A stretch of DNA of 64,000 bases from a virus (taxonomy: Duplodnaviria; Caudoviricetes): IMG/VR virus record IMGVR_UViG_3300026311_000012, positions 1 through 64,000 of that record; one strand, given 5' to 3'. A model generated the notes under the pieces. The model searched no databases, was not told the origin of the DNA, and saw nothing but the letters and a program-made list of their open reading frames with translations. Both the position numbers and the translations under genes were made by a program. This document shows positions 37,759 to 46,330 of the stretch, in pieces (the stretch's first letter is position 1; the number at the start of each line of letters is the position of its first letter).

Positions 37759-38513
37759 TGTACGCACAAGTAAGAACAAAAAATCCAACTGCTGCTCCTC
37801 TTAGAAGGAGTATTATTGTTCCTAGACGTTCTGTAGTAAGACTCGGATCTAGAACTGCCACTGAAGCCTGTTTTCCTGGCCGTAGAGACATTATAGAGGT
37901 TAATACAGTAGATAGTATTGAAAACAGTAGAGATAAGCTTAGAATGAAAGAATGCTTCTCTAGATTTGATGTACCACAAGCTGAGTGGTGGAGAATATCT
38001 GAAATTCCAGAAAGATTAGAATTTCCATTAGTAGGAAAGCAAATAGTAGGTTTTAAAGGGCATGGAATGAGATTAATTGAAAATGAAGAACAATTAAGAA
38101 CATTTCGTACAACCCATCTGAGTGGTTACTTTATAGAGAAATTCTATAATTATGCTCGTGAATACCGATTACATACTACAAGAGATCATGTATTCTTATC
38201 ATGGAGAAAACTTAGAAGATCTGATGCCACCGAGAGGTGGTTTTTTAATTCTACTAACTGTAATTGGGTAGGAGAAGCTCATGAATTATTTCAAAGACCT
38301 GATAATTGGAGTGAACTTGAAGCTTCTGCCATAAATGCAGTAAGAGCAGTTGGTCTTGACATTGGTGCTGTAGATATAAGAGTACAATCAAGAAGCAACC
38401 CAGATTATATAGTATGTGAAGTAAATAGTGCTCCTGCGTTGGGAGATATTGGAATTGAAACATATAGAAACGAAATTAGAAATATAATAATTAATAAAAG
38501 CAATGACAGATAG
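37758..38513 (+). CDS. ATP-grasp peptide ligase (RimK-like)
   Basis: DKLRMKE, EYRLH, GLDIGAVDI, CEVNSAP. Confidence 0.85.
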   Translation: MYAQVRTKNPTAAPLRRSIIVPRRSVVRLGSRTATEACFPGRRDIIEVNTVDSIENSRDKLRMKECFSRFDVPQAEWWRISEIPERLEFPLVGKQIVGFKGHGMRLIENEEQLRTFRTTHLSGYFIEKFYNYAREYRLHTTRDHVFLSWRKLRRSDATERWFFNSTNCNWVGEAHELFQRPDNWSELEASAINAVRAVGLDIGAVDIRVQSRSNPDYIVCEVNSAPALGDIGIETYRNEIRNIIINKSNDR

Positions 38514-39519
38514 TTATTTTTTATACAAATATAAATCTACTGATAAACAGTTTAATTTTAAAGCTTTTGGATGTTGTGAAACATCAGGTTCTTGGTTCAA
38601 AAGCATTACAGTTCCTGATGATGAAACCTCTAATGATGATTTTATTGTCCTTGAGTTGATTTCTATAAATGAAATAAAAAACGAAGCGTTAAAAGATCCA
38701 ATAATAATAGAAGAATATTTATTATTAATTTCGGAATTTTTAGATATTCCTATTAAAAAAATAAATAATCCTGCTGTAAGTGATATAAGCAATCCACATT
38801 ATAAATTTTCCAGCATATCTGAAGAAGAATGGAATCAAAATTACCTATGTTTTCAGATTGGTAAGTTTATGTCAAATAAACATTTTGTAGCAATGCATAC
38901 TCTTATCAGATATTTATGGTATGAATATGATAATGTTATTAATGCTTCTGTAAATTTGAGAAGACTTTTTCCAGAAATTCCAATAGAAGATGTATTTGCA
39001 ATAGCTCATTCTTTTCAGGAAAGAAATCATAGAGCATTAACTGGTAAAAATCAATTAGATACATTAGGTTTCATATATTTTAGAAAAAAAAAAGAGTATC
39101 TTAAGGAGTTAAAAAAAGATATAAATTTTAATACTGTTTTTGATAGTTATAATGTTGTAATTATTCCAAAAGTTAAAATTAAAGGAAGTTTCTTTGAAGA
39201 TTCTGAAATATTGTTAGAATCTAAACAGTTTATATCTTTTTTGACTGATTCTGGTTCAGACAATACAATAGTTTCTAGAAGAGCTTTTCATCGAGTAATA
39301 GAAATATATAATGAATATAAGTCTTTATTTGAATATATATCCACATTAAAGCTTAAAAACTTAAGTTTACATCATATAACAACGTGTGATATTATTGTAG
39401 AAGATTCAGCTTTGGAAAAAATTGAATTTGAAACAATAAATCATGTTAGTGGTATACGTAGCACTAGTAAATTTACATCAATTGAAAAATTTAAAGAATA
39501 TTTAACAAATAAAGTTTAA
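38503..39519 (+). CDS. Hypothetical protein in the ligase cluster
   Basis: 338 aa, TLIRYLW. Confidence 0.65.
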   Translation: MTDSYFLYKYKSTDKQFNFKAFGCCETSGSWFKSITVPDDETSNDDFIVLELISINEIKNEALKDPIIIEEYLLLISEFLDIPIKKINNPAVSDISNPHYKFSSISEEEWNQNYLCFQIGKFMSNKHFVAMHTLIRYLWYEYDNVINASVNLRRLFPEIPIEDVFAIAHSFQERNHRALTGKNQLDTLGFIYFRKKKEYLKELKKDINFNTVFDSYNVVIIPKVKIKGSFFEDSEILLESKQFISFLTDSGSDNTIVSRRAFHRVIEIYNEYKSLFEYISTLKLKNLSLHHITTCDIIVEDSALEKIEFETINHVSGIRSTSKFTSIEKFKEYLTNKV

Positions 39520-39522
39520 AAA

Positions 39523-40377
39523 ATGATTAAGAATATAACATTTGGAAGTGATCCTGAATATTTTCTTAAAAACAAAAATGAAAATATTATTTTATCAGCA
39601 ATTCCATTTATTAAAGGAGATAAGCATTCTCCTCAAAGTTTAGGAAATGGTTTTTATATTTTAAAAGATAATATTTTAGTAGAAGGTAATGTTCCACCAA
39701 CGTCAGACCCTGTTAAGTTTATGAATAATTTAATAGAATTAAAAACAAGAATAAATAAATATTTTTCTTATATTAATTCTACTTTAACTGTTCATCATGA
39801 TGATTGTTTAGATATAGCTCCTCATTTTCTTACACATCCTGAAGCACTTATGTTTGGATGTAGTCCCTATATTAATGCTTGGGATGATAATGAACACAGA
39901 GCTAATGACTTATCATCAGAAAATTTCAGAACTGCAGGATTTCATATACATATTGGATACGAACTTACTTCAGATAATCCTTTTACAAAAGAAATTTTTA
40001 ATAAAATTATAGCAAAAGCTTTTGATATATTTGTTATAATTCCGTCTTTAGAAATTAAAGCCGATAGACGTAGATTTGAAAATTATGGGGGACTTGGCCA
40101 ATATCGTAATACTTCATATGGTGTTGAATGTAGGTCATTAGGGGGATTTTTTGTTGACGAACAATATCTTCCATGGGTTATAGAACAAGTTTGTAGAATG
40201 TTATCATATTTAAAAGACTATGGAAATGCTTCTTCAGTTTTAGCTATAGATAAACCAGTGGTTAAATTTATTTCTGAAGATACTGTAACATTTGAAGCTA
40301 ATATTTATGAAGATCTTCAATTGAGTTACAGAGAACAATTGTTTAATGATAAATATAAAATATATGCAACTGTATAA
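39523..40377 (+). CDS. phiEco32-like COOH-NH2 ligase type 2
   Basis: GSDPEYFL, DNILVEGN, FGCSP, RTAGFHIHIG, YGVECRSL. Confidence 0.85.
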   Translation: MIKNITFGSDPEYFLKNKNENIILSAIPFIKGDKHSPQSLGNGFYILKDNILVEGNVPPTSDPVKFMNNLIELKTRINKYFSYINSTLTVHHDDCLDIAPHFLTHPEALMFGCSPYINAWDDNEHRANDLSSENFRTAGFHIHIGYELTSDNPFTKEIFNKIIAKAFDIFVIIPSLEIKADRRRFENYGGLGQYRNTSYGVECRSLGGFFVDEQYLPWVIEQVCRMLSYLKDYGNASSVLAIDKPVVKFISEDTVTFEANIYEDLQLSYREQLFNDKYKIYATV

Positions 40378-42262
40378 TATAATATTAATATATCTAATAA
40401 TAGGAATATTTGTAAATTACATTTTTAAAATTAATTTTTCCGTTTTGAGTTGTGGGATTTTTGCGTGGGTAGGAAAAGACATTAAATATTTCAGAAAAGA
40501 CCTATTTAATATCCTTGGAATGTACAATGATAATCGTGGTGGGGATGCATGTGGATTATATTATGACGATTCTTGGTACAAGGGAATAGGTAATACTGCG
40601 AAATATGAAAAGTTAATTGTAGAGAATGATTTACATAATACTCTAAAACTAAAAAAGTATCCTGTAATAATAGGACATGATAGAAAAACATCTGTAGGAC
40701 ATGACACTATTGTAAATGCTCAACCTGTTGTTTTATTAGATTTTAATACAGAAGAAGTATTATTGGTTCAAGCACATAATGGTACTATAACTAATTATCG
40801 TGAATTATCCAAAAAATATAGTATTGAATTAATAACTGGGGAAAGCGATAGTATAGCTATTGCTAAATTAATAGATACTGTTGGATGGAAAGTTCTTGGT
40901 GAATATGAAGGATCTGGAGCATTTGTAATAAACAAAAAAGATGAACCAAATGTATTATATGCATTTCATGGTAGATCAAAAGTTACTGAAAATTCTACAA
41001 CTTTAACAGATGAAAGACCTCTTGCATACCTTACATTTCCAGGAAAAGGTACGTTTATTTCATCAGATATAAATCATTTAAAAAGTATATCTGTTCCCAA
41101 AAAAGAAATAATTCCTTGTGAATTTAGATATAATGTATTATATAAATTAGAAGGAGATTCAGTTATTGAATTTTTGGAAATAGATCGAACTACTATTAAA
41201 CCAATGTTTAAATCTGTAACATATTCTTCTGGTTCTTCTAATAGTGTGCATAATACTTTTTCAAAACATCCTATTTCTTATGGAGATGATGCAACTAAAA
41301 GAGCTATAAGATATTATAAAGGATTGTTTCATATAAATGATGAACCTGCACATGGTACATATATAGTAGATGCTTGGGGATGGCCTATTGTTGAATCAAT
41401 TAAATTTAGTCGTGATAAACATTTTGAATTATCATTTATCTATGGTATTTTGATGAAAAATAGAGTATCGTATGAAATAATGTTAAAGATCATCAATGAT
41501 GCAAAGATAAATGATGTTGATGAATTTTATCAACAAAGAAATTGGTGGGAATTAAAACTTTCAGATAATTTAAAGAAATACTCATTATTTCCTTTCTGGA
41601 GATATAATGAAATTGGCAACTTTGCAGGATTTATAAAACCCAATCATTGGACAAATATTTTCAAACAAGCTGGATATTATTTCTTTGATGGAAATTTTAA
41701 ACCAATTTTTTCAAGACTAGATTTTAGAGTATATACTGGTCAAATTAATTCAGTAGATGAAAAATCAGTTTTATATTCTTTAAATGATTTTATACTAAAG
41801 AGAGAAGTTGATCCACTTGTATATGATTTTTCAGAAACTTCTGATAAAAAACTAGAACAGATTAAAAGTATAGTTTATGCTGAAGATAAAAATAGTACAG
41901 AAAAAGAAGCAAGTTCAATTATTTTACCAACAAATCTTAAAATTGTAAAAAAGAATAAAGACAAATGGAATATGGTTGATTGTGAAACATGTGAAGCATG
42001 GAAAGACAATCCAGATCTATGTAAAAAATGTGTAGAAGAATATAATTCTGATGAAGAAGAATCAATTGTAGATAGAGCATACAAACAATATGAAGAAGAT
42101 TTAGGAGTTACTGTTATGGTAGATTCCTTTAAACTTATATTAGATGCTATAGATGATGCGATTGATACTTATGAATCATTAGCTATAAATCTTAAAGGTG
42201 ACGATATTGAAGATATACTTGACGATTTTAGAAACCTCCAAACAAAATTAACAAAATACTAA
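40364..42262 (+). CDS. Class II (Ntn) glutamine amidotransferase with hydrophobic leader
   Basis: CGIF, RGGDACG, GHDRK, NAQP, HNGTITN, SDS, ERPL. Confidence 0.85.
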   Translation: MQLYNIILIYLIIGIFVNYIFKINFSVLSCGIFAWVGKDIKYFRKDLFNILGMYNDNRGGDACGLYYDDSWYKGIGNTAKYEKLIVENDLHNTLKLKKYPVIIGHDRKTSVGHDTIVNAQPVVLLDFNTEEVLLVQAHNGTITNYRELSKKYSIELITGESDSIAIAKLIDTVGWKVLGEYEGSGAFVINKKDEPNVLYAFHGRSKVTENSTTLTDERPLAYLTFPGKGTFISSDINHLKSISVPKKEIIPCEFRYNVLYKLEGDSVIEFLEIDRTTIKPMFKSVTYSSGSSNSVHNTFSKHPISYGDDATKRAIRYYKGLFHINDEPAHGTYIVDAWGWPIVESIKFSRDKHFELSFIYGILMKNRVSYEIMLKIINDAKINDVDEFYQQRNWWELKLSDNLKKYSLFPFWRYNEIGNFAGFIKPNHWTNIFKQAGYYFFDGNFKPIFSRLDFRVYTGQINSVDEKSVLYSLNDFILKREVDPLVYDFSETSDKKLEQIKSIVYAEDKNSTEKEASSIILPTNLKIVKKNKDKWNMVDCETCEAWKDNPDLCKKCVEEYNSDEEESIVDRAYKQYEEDLGVTVMVDSFKLILDAIDDAIDTYESLAINLKGDDIEDILDDFRNLQTKLTKY

Positions 42263-42265
42263 TAA

Positions 42266-43699
42266 ATGGAAAATTATATTATTACTTACAATGGAGAGAA
42301 AGCTCTCAAAAAGAATTGTAGATTTATAAAAGGTGAATTCTATATTAAAAATAAACAATGTTTCAATATAGATGGAACTTGGTATAGAATAAATAGTGGT
42401 TATATTGCAAAAGATCATGAGACAAATAAATATGTACTTATAAAAGGAAGTAATTTAGTACGTGGTATTGTTGAATATGATCCTGAAAATGATAATATTA
42501 CTATTGGATATTTTACTCCGAATGACATGAAAAATGTCATAGTTGTAACTCCAACAGGAAATTATACAGCCATTAGTAAAGATATATTAAAAAATAATTT
42601 TTATTTTGATTTATATAATTTACAGTATACTCACTATAGTATAAAGAAAAGTCCAAACTGGAATAAAATAAATGAACATGGAAATTTATCATCAAATCCT
42701 TACAAAAACCTTCAATATAATTTACGTAATATAGATAATAAAATTGTAGATGAAGTAAGAGATATTTCTGATTTGTTTATTGAAAAATATATTCCAAGAG
42801 AAGAAATTTCTCGTCAAGTAAATTCATTACCTAATTATACATATGGTCTTGAATTTGAAACAAATAGTGGGATTATTCCTGAAAATGAATTAGCAGAAGC
42901 TGGTATGTTTCCTCTTAGAGATGGTAGTATTAGAGGAATTGAATATGTAACACTTCCTCACTCAAGTAAAAATATAGGAAAAGCTGTATCAAAAGCATGT
43001 AGTACTCTCAATACTTTTACAAAAATTAGTACAAATGAAAGTTTACATCTTCATATTGGAAATATTAAAAAAGTAGATCAAAAATTTGTAGGAATTCTAT
43101 ATACATTGTGTTGCATTTTGGAAAAAGAAATCTTTCTAATGTTTCCAAAGTATTATGCACAAACTAGTAAATTTAAAGTAAGAGGGAAGGATTATAATAA
43201 GCCTCTTATTAAAGCACTAGTTGATCCTGATCCACTGGTTACTTTTGATAATGTTTCTACATATCTTGCTGCAGGTAAGAAGTTTAGTGGCTTTGGTTCT
43301 GCACATCCTTCTGATCCTGACGGTTCCCACAAATGGGCAGTTGAGACACGTTACCATTACATGAATATAATCAATCTTTTATTTGGAAATAATAAAACTG
43401 TTGAATTTAGAGTTCATGTTCCAACTAAGAATCCAATAAAGATAATGAATTGGATATTTATCTGTTCAGCCATTGTAAAATATGCTGAGTATCTTGCTAG
43501 TAATGATGTATCTATGGATTCAATAAGAGATGTTAAATTAGATAGTATTCTGACTAAATTATATGATCGTAAACTATCAGTTTATTTATCTGATTATATT
43601 CATTATAGAAAAATAATGAGAAGTAAAGATGATAGTTATGAAGATTATATTGGAACCAGAGAAATAGAAGAAGATTTGCTTTATAATATTGATTTTTAG
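42266..43699 (+). CDS. Putative amidoligase (glutamine-synthetase-like fold)
   Basis: YGLEFET, DGSI.GIEYVT, LHLHIG, RYHYMN, TVEFRVH. Confidence 0.85.
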   Translation: MENYIITYNGEKALKKNCRFIKGEFYIKNKQCFNIDGTWYRINSGYIAKDHETNKYVLIKGSNLVRGIVEYDPENDNITIGYFTPNDMKNVIVVTPTGNYTAISKDILKNNFYFDLYNLQYTHYSIKKSPNWNKINEHGNLSSNPYKNLQYNLRNIDNKIVDEVRDISDLFIEKYIPREEISRQVNSLPNYTYGLEFETNSGIIPENELAEAGMFPLRDGSIRGIEYVTLPHSSKNIGKAVSKACSTLNTFTKISTNESLHLHIGNIKKVDQKFVGILYTLCCILEKEIFLMFPKYYAQTSKFKVRGKDYNKPLIKALVDPDPLVTFDNVSTYLAAGKKFSGFGSAHPSDPDGSHKWAVETRYHYMNIINLLFGNNKTVEFRVHVPTKNPIKIMNWIFICSAIVKYAEYLASNDVSMDSIRDVKLDSILTKLYDRKLSVYLSDYIHYRKIMRSKDDSYEDYIGTREIEEDLLYNIDF

Positions 43700-43702
43700 A
43701 GT

Positions 43703-43737
43703 GAAGGGGAGAATTTACTCCCCTTTATTTTTTTATT
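43703..43737 (+). terminator. Intrinsic terminator
   Basis: AAGGGGAG-AATTTA-CTCCCCTT then T-tract. Confidence 0.75.
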
Positions 43738-43751
43738 TCAAAAATAATACA

Positions 43752-43759
43752 TATCTTTG
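43752..43759 (+). promoter_or_regulatory. Bacteroidota -7 promoter element
   Basis: TATCTTTG right after the terminator, 15 nt before the ATG at 43775. Confidence 0.55.
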
Positions 43760-43774
43760 CAAAAAAGTAAAGAT

Positions 43775-44149
43775 ATGATATTTATTAAAGGAAATGTTCC
43801 TAGTTCTAAGAACAATAAAGTATGGACTGGCAGATTTTTAATATGGAGTAAAAGAGCTCTTCAATATAGAAAAGAGACTAAAGATCAATTTATTGAAAAT
43901 AAAGATATATTCCTAACTATGCTAAAGGATCATAGGGAGCCTTATATTATAGGTTTTCATTTTGTTAGAAATAATAAACATAAATTTGATTTTGTTAATA
44001 TGGTTCAAACAATACAAGATCTTATGGTTGAATATGAATACATAACTGATGATAACTGTGATATAATGCTCCCTTTTCCTTTTAAAATTAATGAAAAATA
44101 CTATACAATAGATAAAGAAAATCCTGGGGTATATATAAAACTTATGTAA
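43775..44149 (+). CDS. RusA-like Holliday junction resolvase
   Basis: VPSSKN, KFDFVN..Q..QD..I.DDN. Confidence 0.7.
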   Translation: MIFIKGNVPSSKNNKVWTGRFLIWSKRALQYRKETKDQFIENKDIFLTMLKDHREPYIIGFHFVRNNKHKFDFVNMVQTIQDLMVEYEYITDDNCDIMLPFPFKINEKYYTIDKENPGVYIKLM

Positions 44150-44341
44150 ATGAAATACTTAAAAATTCGAGTGCCAGAAATGTCTTGTGAAGGGTGTATA
44201 TTTTTTATAAAATCCTCAGAAGGAGCATGTAGAAATGTTACTCATAGTATACTAAATGAAGATTGTGTAAGTATAAATAGAGATGGTCATTTTACAAATT
44301 ATATATTTAAAATAAAATATGATAAATTAAAAATACTATGA
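44150..44341 (+). CDS. Cys-rich small protein, KLKIL tail
   Basis: SCEGCIF...C...C. Confidence 0.6.
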   Translation: MKYLKIRVPEMSCEGCIFFIKSSEGACRNVTHSILNEDCVSINRDGHFTNYIFKIKYDKLKIL

Positions 44342-45366
44342 AATTTAAAAATTTTATAAAATGGATGTCTGATATAGATTACAGAAATTTTCCAGGATTT
44401 AGTCAATCAATTCTTAAAGGATTGGCAGACGATGGACCATCTTCTTTATTAGATAAAAAAGAAATTAAATCTACAGCATTAGAATTTGGATCACTAGTAG
44501 ATATAATAATAACAGATCCTGAAAACAGAGATAATATATTTTATACAAATTCTATAGAAAAACCTACAGCTAGTTTACTAGTATTGGCTGATGAATTATT
44601 AAAAGATCATTATGCTCTTGGCTATACATATGAACAAATAACAGATAAAGAATATGTTATAGAAAAAATTAAAAATTTAGGATTATGGAGTAAATCTAAA
44701 GATGATAATTTACTTTCGAAATTTGATAATGATCTATTTTATACATATATATATTCTGTTATTGATGCCGAAGGTAAAATAATATGTACTCCAGCTTTAG
44801 TAGAAGCTGCAGAACATTGTGCAGATGTATTACTTACTCATCCGTATACTAAAGAATTATTTGATGAAACAGATGATATAGAAGTTTTAAAACAAGTACC
44901 TGTCTTCTATAAAATTAATGGGGAAGAAGGAAAAGGTAAGATAGACTTATTGAGAATTGACCATAAAAAGAAACTGATTTCAATATATGACATTAAAACA
45001 GGTAGCGAATTACCAAGCAATTTTGAAAATAGTTTTTATTTTTTTAAATATTATCTTCAAGTGATATCATATATACTGGGAGTTCAATACATGATTGAAA
45101 CTATACCAGAATTAAACGAATATAGTATAGATAAATTCAGATTTATTTATATAAGTAAAAAGCTTCCGGATACTCCTTGTATATATGAGGTTAATGAGGA
45201 ATTACTTCTTTCATTCTTGGATGGATGGAGAGATGGTACAGGAAGATATAATAAAGGATTTATCCAATTAGTTGATGAATATAGTTTTTATATTAAAAAT
45301 GGGATATACAATACAGAAAAGAAAATATTGGATAATAATGGAATCTTAAATATAACTTTATCATGA
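44338..45366 (+). CDS. PD-(D/E)xK exonuclease (RecE/ExoVIII-like)
   Basis: SQS.LK, FGSLVD, KGKIDLL, YDIKT, YYLQ..Y. Confidence 0.8.
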   Translation: MKFKNFIKWMSDIDYRNFPGFSQSILKGLADDGPSSLLDKKEIKSTALEFGSLVDIIITDPENRDNIFYTNSIEKPTASLLVLADELLKDHYALGYTYEQITDKEYVIEKIKNLGLWSKSKDDNLLSKFDNDLFYTYIYSVIDAEGKIICTPALVEAAEHCADVLLTHPYTKELFDETDDIEVLKQVPVFYKINGEEGKGKIDLLRIDHKKKLISIYDIKTGSELPSNFENSFYFFKYYLQVISYILGVQYMIETIPELNEYSIDKFRFIYISKKLPDTPCIYEVNEELLLSFLDGWRDGTGRYNKGFIQLVDEYSFYIKNGIYNTEKKILDNNGILNITLS

Positions 45367-45911
45367 TAATGACAAAAGATATAGGAAATAAAGTTATGGT
45401 TAACAAAAGTAAATCTTATTTGTTACCACTATTAAATGAACATGTAAAAATAGAATATTTATATCTTTTAGAAAATACTTTTATTAATATCAAATCATAT
45501 TTGGAATGTATTGGGTTACTTTTCAAAATATCAGATGATATAAATTTTATAAGATATTGTAATAATTTGGAAGAACATCCTCTTTTTAAAGAATGTATAT
45601 GTACTAAAAATCATATGCTATTTGTTTTCCATTTCCCAGAACAATTTCTTAATGAATATAAGTATTTTAAACTAGGTAGATATTCAAGATTTTCGCATGA
45701 TGCAAAGAAGAAAATAGTTAAGTTTTTTTCACATAATTATCAATACCCAGAACTTGTACAAGAGTTAGTACATATTCTTTATAAAAACCGTTCTAGAAAA
45801 GAAAGATTGGAAAAAGAATTGGGTATAATATTAACTGATGAAGATGAACTAACTAGTATTATAGACGAAGAAGAAGAAACATTTAAATCAGAAAATTATG
45901 AATATTTATGA
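45363..45911 (+). CDS. Hypothetical protein
   Basis: 182 aa, FKLGRYSRFS. Confidence 0.65.
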   Translation: MIMTKDIGNKVMVNKSKSYLLPLLNEHVKIEYLYLLENTFINIKSYLECIGLLFKISDDINFIRYCNNLEEHPLFKECICTKNHMLFVFHFPEQFLNEYKYFKLGRYSRFSHDAKKKIVKFFSHNYQYPELVQELVHILYKNRSRKERLEKELGIILTDEDELTSIIDEEEETFKSENYEYL

Positions 45912-46128
45912 TATAAAGAGATGTCATGTATGCCATGGAGATAATTTAATTGAAACTCATCTTGTTATAGAAGATTTATTTGGTAATGTCTTTGAAAGAC
46001 CTGTTAAAATTTGTAAAGATTGTGATACCATACATTATGTTCATAATAATTCTGTATTTTATGAATTTTCTTTAAAAGTAAATAAATCTTATAAACCAAA
46101 AGAAAAAATAATTTATACAGATGAATGA
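45898..46128 (+). CDS. Zn-ribbon small protein
   Basis: CHVC...CKDC. Confidence 0.6.
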   Translation: MNIYDIKRCHVCHGDNLIETHLVIEDLFGNVFERPVKICKDCDTIHYVHNNSVFYEFSLKVNKSYKPKEKIIYTDE

Positions 46129-46330
46129 AGGTTATGAGTATAGTGGTACTTCTACTAGTAGTACTACATATAGCAATGAAGAAAATCTTTATTCATGGAT
46201 TGGATATGAAGAATATCAATTTTACAATAGAATAAAAGATAGATATTTATTATATAGAATTGATCCATTTTTTGAAGAATCTAAATCAGATACATTAAAA
46301 AATAATACAAAACTTTTAAAAATATTATGA
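46121..46330 (+). CDS. Small protein, LLKIL tail
   Basis: 69 aa, coupled to the RNR gene. Confidence 0.55.
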   Translation: MNEGYEYSGTSTSSTTYSNEENLYSWIGYEEYQFYNRIKDRYLLYRIDPFFEESKSDTLKNNTKLLKIL

